IMG/VR virus record: IMGVR_UViG_3300021197_001931
Span: 97,720 to 161,719 of that record
Length of the DNA stretch: 64,000 nucleotides
Source of the DNA: a virus
Reading direction: 5' to 3' (one strand)
Every line of letters starts with the position of its first letter. Positions within the stretch are counted from its first letter, which is position 1. A model generated the notes under the pieces. It worked only from the letters and a program-made list of their open reading frames with translations, made no database searches and was not told where the DNA came from. Of this stretch, positions 56,026 through 64,000 are shown piece by piece. A program made the position numbers and the translations under genes.

Positions 56026-56749
56026 TGAAGACCTTTATGAATTGAGTTCAGAACAGCTACTGGAGCTTGCTCGCGCCAGGTTTGAAGCTGGCAAGCACAG
56101 TGTCAATGACAATGAGGCCAGCATCTGGAAGGACCACATTGATTGTTTTGAAAGGGATATTGAAAAGGATAATATTTATTACTGGAAGTCCGAGAGGATG
56201 CGAGAAGTTTGTGGACATTTCTCTCCTGATAAGGTAAAGTATCGAGCGGAGTTTCCAAGCAAGTTTGTTGGTGAAAGAGCAGCCATGTATCGTGCTGCAT
56301 GCAAGCATTATCGACTGAGTGGCTACTATCGCCACATCACCAACGAGACACCTAAAGAGTTTCTTGATGGCGATGATGAGGCCTACACTCCATCACCATT
56401 TCATTTTGAACAGTTGACACAGAATAAATATTTCCCTAAGATATGGGCATCTCAACAGTCGGAGCCCAAGTATGCGCCAGGAGATTTTATCTGCTTCCGA
56501 GCAGAGAGTGCTCTTCCCTTGGAGAATCCACTAATCACCATGATTCCTTGGACACAGCGTGACAACATGTATCGTATGAAGCAGTTCGCTGGAAAGGCTG
56601 GGTTCGTGCTGGAGGTATCTCCAGTGCAACCCAAGAGCGCAGCAAAGAATTCAAAGATTTATAAGATTCTTCTTGCCGGCAAGACTGTTCCGATGTATGT
56701 TGAGGAGCGTCACATCAAGAAGGGCAGGTTGCCCAAGAAGAATAAATGA
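56015..56749 (+). CDS. Hypothetical protein with C-terminal SH3/KOW-like domain
   Basis: PKYAPGDFI..GFVLEV..YKILL..VEERHIKK. Confidence 0.55.
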   Translation: MTSNEDLYELSSEQLLELARARFEAGKHSVNDNEASIWKDHIDCFERDIEKDNIYYWKSERMREVCGHFSPDKVKYRAEFPSKFVGERAAMYRAACKHYRLSGYYRHITNETPKEFLDGDDEAYTPSPFHFEQLTQNKYFPKIWASQQSEPKYAPGDFICFRAESALPLENPLITMIPWTQRDNMYRMKQFAGKAGFVLEVSPVQPKSAAKNSKIYKILLAGKTVPMYVEERHIKKGRLPKKNK

Positions 56750-56943
56750 GAGACGTAACCCCAGGAGATCTAGTTCAAAGTAGGTTCAGCAAAGGTGTTG
56801 GGCTTGTGTTACAAGTAGAGCCAATAGAGTATGAGGAAGAGTTCGGCGCCTCTTGGATAATAATTCTTTGGGCAGGCCAGCAAGAGGTAGTATGGGTCGA
56901 ACGGGATTGCATTAAACTAATCAACAGAGCAGAAATAAATTAA
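56746..56943 (+). CDS. SH3/KOW-like micro-protein
   Basis: PGDLV..GVGLVL..IILW..IKLIN. Confidence 0.6.
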   Translation: MRDVTPGDLVQSRFSKGVGLVLQVEPIEYEEEFGASWIIILWAGQQEVVWVERDCIKLINRAEIN

Positions 56944-57014
56944 TTTTAACACTTGACAGCCTAGTTACTTTTAGGTATAAATAGACCACAACCAACCACC
57001 AAGAGGTGTTTACA

Positions 57015-58088
57015 ATGGCAGTTGATTTCAAGACCTTTCTTAACGTAGTTCCCTTCGTTACTTCTGTAAACAAGCCTGTCCTTCTTCGCGGACGACATGG
57101 CATCGGCAAGTCCCAGGTCGTCTACCAGTACGCTGAGAGTGTTGACCTGCCTGTGGTCGAACGACGTGCTTCACAGATGACCGAGGGTGATTTGATTGGT
57201 CTCCCTAGTATCGATGGGGACCGCACTAACTGGAACCCACCAAACTGGTTCAAGACTGCATGTGAACAGCCTGTGGTGCTCTTCCTCGATGAGGTTGACC
57301 GCGCTACTATCGAGGTTCGACAAGGCATCTTCGAGCTTACTGACAGTCGCAAGCTGAATGGCCACACCTTGCATGATGACACCCTTATCTTCGCCGCCAT
57401 CAATGGTGGTGAGCATGGTGCCCAGTACCAGGTTGGTGACATGGACCCTGCGGAGCTTGACCGATGGACCGTCTTCGATGTAGAGCCCAGTGTAGAGGAC
57501 TGGCTTGACTGGGCCAATGACAACGTGTCAACTATGGTCTGGGACTTTGTTAATCAGAACCGCCAGCACCTTGAGCATGCCGATGAGTTCGAACCGAACA
57601 AGGTGTATCCCTCGCGTCGTTCCTGGCATCGCTTTGATGAGTGTCTGCAAGCCAGCCACTTGCTTGACAGTGATGACAGTCCCGCTTCTATCTACAGCCT
57701 CGCTACAGCGTTCGTTGGGTTCGAAGCAGCCGTCGCCTTTCAGGATTTTATTGCCAACTATGACCGCCAAGTATCCGTAGAGAATCTTCTTGACGAGGGC
57801 AGGATGGATATGGTAGAAGACTTTGGCATCAATGAGCATACCGCTATGATTGATAAGCTGGAGGCAGCGCAAGTCTTTGAGACTGAGCTATCTGAGGAAC
57901 GAGTGCAGAACCTTGCAGACTACATCGTCATGCTCCCAAGTGAGGTGGCCATGAAGCTTTGGACCCTGCTTGGCAACGGCCCCTTGGATAACACAGTGGC
58001 AGTCCACCGTGCAGAGTCCAGGGGTGGTAAGAAGGTGAGCGCCTACCTTGTAGAGATTCTGGGTGACTCCGAGAAGGACGGAAATTAA
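57015..58088 (+). CDS. MoxR-like AAA+ ATPase
   Basis: GRHGIGKS, DLIGLP, LFLDEVDRA, AAIN, MDPAELDRW, PSRRSW. Confidence 0.88.
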   Translation: MAVDFKTFLNVVPFVTSVNKPVLLRGRHGIGKSQVVYQYAESVDLPVVERRASQMTEGDLIGLPSIDGDRTNWNPPNWFKTACEQPVVLFLDEVDRATIEVRQGIFELTDSRKLNGHTLHDDTLIFAAINGGEHGAQYQVGDMDPAELDRWTVFDVEPSVEDWLDWANDNVSTMVWDFVNQNRQHLEHADEFEPNKVYPSRRSWHRFDECLQASHLLDSDDSPASIYSLATAFVGFEAAVAFQDFIANYDRQVSVENLLDEGRMDMVEDFGINEHTAMIDKLEAAQVFETELSEERVQNLADYIVMLPSEVAMKLWTLLGNGPLDNTVAVHRAESRGGKKVSAYLVEILGDSEKDGN

Positions 58089-58142
58089 TTCTTGACAACG
58101 GGCAAAGGCACTGATAGTATTAGTCCAACATTGGGAGATGAC

Positions 58143-59381
58143 ATGACAGAAACGTCCAACCCACAAGACACCCCGCAGGATGCTCCTGCAAGTGACTTCA
58201 ACCTGAACATGCACACCGCTCGCCTACTGATGAATGAGCCGTTCTTTGCGGGGATTTCAAGGCGAGTCGATAAGCGGCCAAACCGGTCTATTCCGACAGC
58301 CGGTGTGCGTGTCAACCCTGAGACATGTCAGTTTGAATTGTTGTACAATCCAGACTTCTTTGCTAAGCTTCCAGACATTCAGAAGCTTGGAGTTCTCAAG
58401 CATGAGTTCTATCACCTAGTGTTTGACCATGTGACCGGACGCAACCCTTCCCCACCTGGGGAAGATGGCAAGCCTGGTGAGTTCTCCAAGCTATGGAACT
58501 ATGCCACTGACTTGGCTATCAACAGCCACATCAGAGGAGAGCTTCCAGATATGTGTCTGATGCCTGGTGAGAAAGACTTTGCAGACTACCCTGTTGGCCA
58601 GAGTGCTGAGTGGTACTTCGAGCGACTGAAGAAGGACCCCCCACCACAAGGTGGTGGCTCTGGGGGGGACGGAGAAGGAGACGGAGACCAGTTCGATGAC
58701 CATTCTGGCTGGGATGATGTCCCCAACGATGTCAAGGAGATTGCAAAGCAGCGTCTCAAGGATGTCATGCGTAAGGCAGCAGACGAGGCCAACAAGTCAA
58801 ACAACTGGGGCTCTGTCTCACAGGAGGTGAAGCAGGAAATTATCAAGAGCTTGAATTCTTCTGTTGACTGGCGGAAGGTTTTGCGCTACTTTATTAAGAC
58901 CTCGCAGCGAGCCGACCGAGCTTCAACGCAACGTCGCCTCAACAGGAGGTTCCCCTATATCCACCCAGGTCGCAAGACCAGAAGGCAGGCCAGTATTGCT
59001 ATCTCGATTGACCAGTCTGGTTCGGTATCTGATGAGATGCTGCAGGCCTTCTTTGCCGAGCTTAACACCTTGGCTGGCCTCGCTACCTTCACGGTCATCC
59101 CCTTCGATAGTGACGTGGCATATGATGATATCTACGTCTGGAAGAAGGGCGACAGGAAGCAGTGGACACGAGTTCGTTATGGTGGCACTGATTTCAACCC
59201 ACCTACCAAGTACGTGAATGAGAATAGCTTCGATGGACACATTGTTCTCACTGACCTGTGTGCCCCAAAGCCTATCGCTAGTAAGTGCCAGCGTATGTGG
59301 ATGACTACACGGTACTACGCAGAGCGACCCTACTTTTCTACCAATGAACGAATTATTGCTATTGACACCGATGGCAGGTAA
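58143..59381 (+). CDS. HExxH metallopeptidase-like plus VWA domain protein (DUF2201 type)
   Basis: LKHEFYHL, WNYATDLAIN, DDHSGW, IDQSGSVS, GGTDF, LTD. Confidence 0.85.
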   Translation: MTETSNPQDTPQDAPASDFNLNMHTARLLMNEPFFAGISRRVDKRPNRSIPTAGVRVNPETCQFELLYNPDFFAKLPDIQKLGVLKHEFYHLVFDHVTGRNPSPPGEDGKPGEFSKLWNYATDLAINSHIRGELPDMCLMPGEKDFADYPVGQSAEWYFERLKKDPPPQGGGSGGDGEGDGDQFDDHSGWDDVPNDVKEIAKQRLKDVMRKAADEANKSNNWGSVSQEVKQEIIKSLNSSVDWRKVLRYFIKTSQRADRASTQRRLNRRFPYIHPGRKTRRQASIAISIDQSGSVSDEMLQAFFAELNTLAGLATFTVIPFDSDVAYDDIYVWKKGDRKQWTRVRYGGTDFNPPTKYVNENSFDGHIVLTDLCAPKPIASKCQRMWMTTRYYAERPYFSTNERIIAIDTDGR

Positions 59382-59421
59382 GTGATATAAATACAAACAC
59401 CCTGACAAAAGAGGTAAAGAC

Positions 59422-59628
59422 ATGAACCGCAACGATATACACACTGGCAAGCCCATAGACGCCCGCGTTGGCTCCATCGTGCGATGGACGCACCCGAGGA
59501 GTTTGACGAACGGGATTGTCATAGCAGTGAGGGAAAGCGGACATAGCGCACATATCCACTGGTTTGACCATGAGGGGCATGGCTTCTATCCGCTTGACCA
59601 CAAGCTCCTCAAGCTGGTTTCAAAATAA
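59422..59628 (+). CDS. SH3/KOW-like micro-protein
   Basis: RVGSIVRW..GIVI..AHIHW..LKLVS. Confidence 0.6.
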   Translation: MNRNDIHTGKPIDARVGSIVRWTHPRSLTNGIVIAVRESGHSAHIHWFDHEGHGFYPLDHKLLKLVSK

Positions 59629-59684
59629 TTCTTGACTTCTCAGAGCCCTTGTGCCATAATATATTCAGAAAGTGAGGAGACGAA

Positions 59685-60215
59685 ATGCCGAATTGGTGTG
59701 ATAATACAATTAATATTAGAGGGCCAGTTGACCTCATAAGCAAGCTCTGGGAGGATGCACAAGTCGCAAGCCAAGGAGACTTTGGACTACTCCAAGCAAT
59801 GGTTCCGATGCCTGCAGAGCTGAATGATACAAAAGGTTTGGGTGATGGCCCCAACTGGTATGACTGGCGTGTAGATAATTGGGGAACTAAGTGGGATATT
59901 GATGCCGACGACCTAGAGCTTGTTGATAACGAGAACGGCACTGCAGTGATTACCGGCTGTTTCCGCTCAGCATGGGCACCACCCGTCAGAGCATACGAGA
60001 ATTTCTTTGACATGATGACCGACTGCTCCATCGATGCTTCCTATCACGAGCCAGGCATGGACTTCGCTGGCTACTGGAGTGATGGCAACGAAGAGCATCT
60101 CGATGGACTTCGGGACGAGTATGAGCTACCAGAAGCCGAGCGCTCGCCTCTGTTTAATCGACTTGATGAACAGTATGACCTGTGTGAAGCATTCGCTATG
60201 TGGGACGAAGAATAA
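59685..60215 (+). CDS. DUF1281/YubB ferredoxin-like protein
   Basis: MPNWCDN, WYDWRVDNWGTKWD, F.SAWAPP, EPGMDFAG. Confidence 0.8.
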   Translation: MPNWCDNTINIRGPVDLISKLWEDAQVASQGDFGLLQAMVPMPAELNDTKGLGDGPNWYDWRVDNWGTKWDIDADDLELVDNENGTAVITGCFRSAWAPPVRAYENFFDMMTDCSIDASYHEPGMDFAGYWSDGNEEHLDGLRDEYELPEAERSPLFNRLDEQYDLCEAFAMWDEE

Positions 60216-60273
60216 TCCTTGACAACCCAAACAACCTTTGTTAATATGATTGCAGAAAGTCGGAGGAAACGAC

Positions 60274-60642
60274 ATGGCTTATCTTCACAAGAACGACCTT
60301 GTTATTATCAGGACTGGCACAGGTGAGACAATCCAGTCTCGTGTCGTAGACATCAGCTTCCGTAGGTATCGAAAGAAGGTGCGTGACCGCAAGACTGGCA
60401 AGGAGAAGATGGTCACAAAGGCCATGCCCTATGCAGTGTGCAACGTGTTCCTTGGAGCTAAGGTTGGAACAGAGTTCCTCATCCCAGGCTACAAGCTTCG
60501 CAATGAGGAGAAGAATAGCGAGAAGTTGTTGGTCCTTAAGGACGAGTATGCTACTGAGTTCGATGATGGGTTCAATTTGTGGGTCGCTAAGATGCTGGCC
60601 GAGAGCAAGCAGAAGCGAGAGAAGAAGCAAAATAAGTCTTGA
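60274..60642 (+). CDS. Basic hypothetical protein
   Basis: Own promoter (60219) and GGAGG RBS. Confidence 0.55.
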   Translation: MAYLHKNDLVIIRTGTGETIQSRVVDISFRRYRKKVRDRKTGKEKMVTKAMPYAVCNVFLGAKVGTEFLIPGYKLRNEEKNSEKLLVLKDEYATEFDDGFNLWVAKMLAESKQKREKKQNKS

Positions 60643-60691
60643 CACTCCAAACAATCCCTGCTAATATGATTGCAGAAAGTGAGGGAGCGAC

Positions 60692-60907
60692 ATGACCAGA
60701 GAAGAAGCAAACAAAGTTCGCATCGGTTCCTTGGTGCAGTACACTCACATTGGGAGGTGGGCGACGGACATCGCCTACGGCCTCGTGACAAGCGAGACGG
60801 TCTGCTATAACGAGGGGAACATGTATGCAGACGTTCACTGGTTCGATGGAACCTCTCACGGGGTACACCCTCTTCTCAATTCAAACATTTCTCTAATTAA
60901 TGCTTGA
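60692..60907 (+). CDS. SH3/KOW-like micro-protein
   Basis: RIGSLV..YGLVT..ADVHW..ISLIN. Confidence 0.6.
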   Translation: MTREEANKVRIGSLVQYTHIGRWATDIAYGLVTSETVCYNEGNMYADVHWFDGTSHGVHPLLNSNISLINA

Positions 60908-60918
60908 CAGGAGCCAGG

Positions 60919-61152
60919 ATGAAGACTATCATTCATGTAAATCAGCACGTCATTAAGCGTAACAGAAAGAATAATACTAACGAGCCGTGTCTAACGGTCA
61001 AGACTTACAAGGACAACAGGTACACATCGGATGCTATCATCCGAGACGAAGCTGGTCGAGAGATTGCTCGTGTAGTATACCGCCCTCAGAATCCACTGAG
61101 CTGTGGGGCGCATTGTTGGATTGAAACTAAATTTAAGGTTGACACCGAGTAA
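60919..61152 (+). CDS. Conserved-looking phage hypothetical protein
   Basis: IHVNQH.I..N, YRP..PLSCGA.CWIET. Confidence 0.6.
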   Translation: MKTIIHVNQHVIKRNRKNNTNEPCLTVKTYKDNRYTSDAIIRDEAGREIARVVYRPQNPLSCGAHCWIETKFKVDTE

Positions 61153-61376
61153 TGCCACATATAGGATACAACAAGAATCCCCATCTCACCCTAGAGGTTG
61201 GGGAGCTTGTGACCCCAAGGAGAGGAGAACCATACAGGAAGAAGAAGCAGATAGGCACAGTCATTGGCCTGGACGATGAGCATGTGACAATTCATTGGCA
61301 CAACCCTACAGAGGGCAATGCAGTGCGGAACAAAATAGCTCTGCACATTGCAGAGAAAATACTTGACAACCCTTAG
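61152..61376 (+). CDS. SH3/KOW-like micro-protein
   Basis: EVGELV..IGTVI..VTIHW. Confidence 0.5.
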   Translation: MPHIGYNKNPHLTLEVGELVTPRRGEPYRKKKQIGTVIGLDDEHVTIHWHNPTEGNAVRNKIALHIAEKILDNP

Positions 61377-61416
61377 TCGCTTTGATAGTATAGATAAAGC
61401 AAAGTGAGGTGGCACG

Positions 61417-63896
61417 ATGGATGAGCGAGTGAAGGTTTTGTTTCTTGAGAGAGATTATTTTATTCTTAGGGAGGGCTTGCAGAAGCTTGACACCATCATT
61501 CGCAATGTAGAGACCCACTATGGCGTAATCCTGGGTGGGGAAGAAATTAAGTATCAGCTAAATAAAATGCTTGACTCCACATCGCAAAGAAGCTATTGTG
61601 AAGACAAGAAGACAAAGGAGAGGGTCGCTGACCTGACAGACCTGATGCAAGGGTTCAATAACTACGGGGGGTAGCATGATTAGAGACTTCGACGGAGGTG
61701 CCACTACTCCAAGGCGACGTGCAAAGGAATTGTGCTATGAACTGCTCGTTGCCTTCTCAGAGGAGTGGAGCGAGTGTATAGATGAAGAAACAGACGCCCC
61801 CCTTTGTGAAGGAAACACCGATAGAGAGAAGAGAGAGATAGACTCGCAACTATCGAGAATTGCTGAACAATTTAGAAAGTATCACAATATTTAATTTTAT
61901 TCTTGACACCTCCATCCAACAGTGTAATAATGATTGCACAAACAACGGAGAGCGACATGAAGATTCAAACGCCCCAAGAGCAGATGAACCTAGTCAATTC
62001 AGTTATGATTATTGAAGGGAGCGTTCCCGCAGAGCGTGAAGAGCAGATAGCAGCCTGGCAGCACCTGATTGACACTGGTGCTATCTGGCCAGTCAGTGAA
62101 GGGCATCGGTATGGCAGGGGTGCTATGTCTCTCATCGAGCAGGGTCTCTGTGAAGGGCCGGTGAAGGCATGAACAGCGTTGCTATTCCTGTGAGGAAGTT
62201 GCCCACCCGATTCCTATGTCATCGACCCGAGTCTGGGGGCTGGGCCCATATTACCAGCGATGGGAACGGGGAAGACGAGGTTTGTCTTTCCGAGGAGCAG
62301 ATTGTTTCTTCATTGACAGTGGCACTGCGTGACCTACGAGATGCACAACAAAGAGTAGATGGTCTGAGAATGTTTGTCCGCAAGCTTGGACTTGACGAGG
62401 AAGGTGATACCTGATATGTTCTTTCTCGATAAGGTGATGCAGTTGGGAATGTCCCAGCAGGCAGTTCTAGTTCTTGCCCTGCAATACATAAGGCATCTAG
62501 GTGAGGAGTACGAAGTTGATACAGAGGAAGGTTTTCTACGAAAGCTGAAGAGCATTGCAGATTATTCTTGACATGCCCAGAAAGCCCTGGTAGAGTAAGC
62601 CCAGAAATCGAGGAGGCCACATGAGCTATATCGAAGACTATGACGAAACGATTGCTGTCCTTGCCAATGAGACATGGTGGGAGAGCAAAGATAATAACAC
62701 AGACCTTGACTCGCTTGTAAGCAATGCAGCGGATAGATACACGTCTGTATGGGGCGATGCTGAGACTGTCATGCGCTTCACAGAGAATCCAGAAGCCCTG
62801 TGGAATGTGGTGGGCCAGCTGAACCCTGAGCAGGCCGATAGCTACAGGAGTGTCATTCGGACCATCGCATTCTACGCCCTTCGCCAGGATGTGTTCGATG
62901 TCATCTCGAAGAAGGAGCCCACATGGGAGAAGGAGTGGCAGGATAAGAATCATGCAGGCTTGACATTCGATGACTACTATGACATCATCACTGGGTATGG
63001 TATTCCTAACAGTAACAACGAGACACCTGACAGTGTTGTGGAGACCCTGCGTGGCGATGGGTTCGTGAAGTCAGAAGAAGACTACTACAACGCATACGAA
63101 GCAGCCCGTGACTTGAAAGATGATGGGGCATACTAAAATAATCCTTGACAACCTGAAAACAACCTGATAGAGTACAAACACAAACTGAGGAGGCCAATCA
63201 TGGCAAAGCGAAACACCGGACAGTTCACTTCTACTATCTATATTGACAACAACAACTACGACCGTCTCGCCTCTGGAGAGATGGACCTTCGAACAGGCCA
63301 GTGGGTCAAGTTCGCATGGTGTAGCAACCGCTCCCGCTATGTCGGCAGCAGGCATGGTATCATCTATGCTGCACACTATCCCAACACTTCCAACGAGCGA
63401 GTGCGTGGCATGGCCGATTCTTTCAGGGACGATGATAGGTCAGAGCGCCGTCGTCGTCGTGGAGTTGTTATCTCCTAGAAATTTCTCTTGACATTCCCAG
63501 CGGACTCCGCCATAATGATTGCACAAGTTGAGGAGAGCACATGAAGCAAAGATTCATTGTGACAGGTGTAGAGCGCATGAACGGACGTCGGTTTGTAATT
63601 GGACCGACAGATGAGTTCCATGCAATGTGTATCAATCTATGGCGGGGCTCCGTATGGGAAGTCATTGACGGCAAGCGCAAGCTAGTCAAGAGGGTATGGA
63701 ACGTATGACAAAGAAGCACTTCATCGCAATAGCAAACATAGTCAAGGCACAGGACCTCACATACGACCAGCGTGAGCAGTTGTCGCTCGACTTGGCAAAC
63801 TATTTTAGGAAAGAGAATTCAAGGTTTGACATCCAAAGGTTTGTGAATGCTTGCCGCAAGAGCGCCTTTGTTGATTTAGCGCCAGGCATAGAATAA
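61417..63896 (+). other. Run of small early-type hypothetical genes: 61417-61674, 61676-61894, 61957-62172, 62169-62414, about 62416-62571, 62621-63136, 63200-63478, 63541-63708, 63705-63896
   Basis: Most are preceded by their own promoter and a GGAG/GAGG RBS; the last carries MTKKHF..IA..N.RFD..RF..AC. Confidence 0.6.
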
Positions 63897-64000
63897 AATA
63901 AAACTTGACGCCAGAAATTTTCTCACTTATAGTATGTTCACAACGTCGAAGGAGACAGCATGTATCAGCTCTTGACCTTTCACCAGTGGATGAGGGAAGT

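Larger units (their letters stand above)
50435..63933 (+). promoter_or_regulatory. Array of about 25 sigma-70-type promoters. -35 boxes start at 50435, 51115, 51366, 51813, 52775, 53397, 53572, 53960, 55181, 56953, 58092, 59362, 59632, 60219, 60639, 60904, 61139, 61363, 61571, 61903, 62392, 62568, 63145, 63488, 63905
   Basis: TTGAC[ATCG] followed by 17 (occasionally 18) nt and a TAnnnT-like -10, e.g. TTGACA-17-CATAAT at 63488 and TTGACA-17-TAGTAT at 58092 and 61363. Confidence 0.85.

Noticed and set aside
58092-61956. ORF-track starts at TTG 58092, 60250, 60904 and 61903
   Set aside because: These fall within promoter or leader modules; RBS-supported ATGs lie at 58143, 60274, 60919 and 61957
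1250-63719. Minus-strand ORFs in the track (e.g. 62219-62953, 58923-59522, 34435-34851)
   Set aside because: They shadow well-supported plus-strand genes and show no recognisable motifs
50435-63962. CRISPR array or integron attC sites
   Set aside because: The repeats are degenerate promoter/RBS modules separated by whole genes; no constant-length spacers, attC palindromes, cas genes or integrase seen
1-64000. Alternative genetic code (stop-codon reassignment)
   Set aside because: Conserved genes are full length under code 11, and TAA, TAG and TGA are all used as stops

Overview
A 64 kb segment of a large myovirus-type (jumbo-like) bacteriophage genome. Every credible gene is on the + strand. 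Layout: (1-14 kb) neck, contractile tail and baseplate module with sheath, tube, chaperone pair, tape measure, LysM/gpX and hub. (14-34 kb) Replication and nucleotide metabolism: PolA-type polymerase domain, tubulin/FtsZ-like protein, gp32-like SSB, RecA, Zn-deaminase, 5'-3' exonuclease, DnaB-like helicase, class II RNR, GroES, ThyX, DnaE, HNH-AP2, PurA, dUTPase, IMPDH/GMP reductase and a stand-alone sigma-70 region 4 protein. (34-50 kb) Accessory block: ClpP, cupin, YkuD-like hydrolase, GroEL, glutaredoxin, Hsp20, thioesterase, NUDIX, trypsin-like protease and vWA lipoprotein. (50-64 kb) A host-takeover-like region with two tRNAs, a LysW carrier protein, a MoxR/VWA pair and about 25 sigma-70 promoters. 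Most striking: about 25 paralogous SH3/KOW-like micro-proteins. In six cases the conserved C-terminal E/K-V-x-S/N codons form the ribosome-binding site and start codon of the next gene, which gives self-chaining cassettes under repeated promoter-leader modules. Also notable: a candidate late-promoter motif CTA[AGT]TTA linked to capsid-targeting-like leaders and RBS-occluding hairpins, an orphan LysW next to tRNA-Lys and tRNA-Ile2, and a possible G-to-A / C-to-T nucleotide rebalancing pathway. All calls are by-eye motif recognition; no searches were run.
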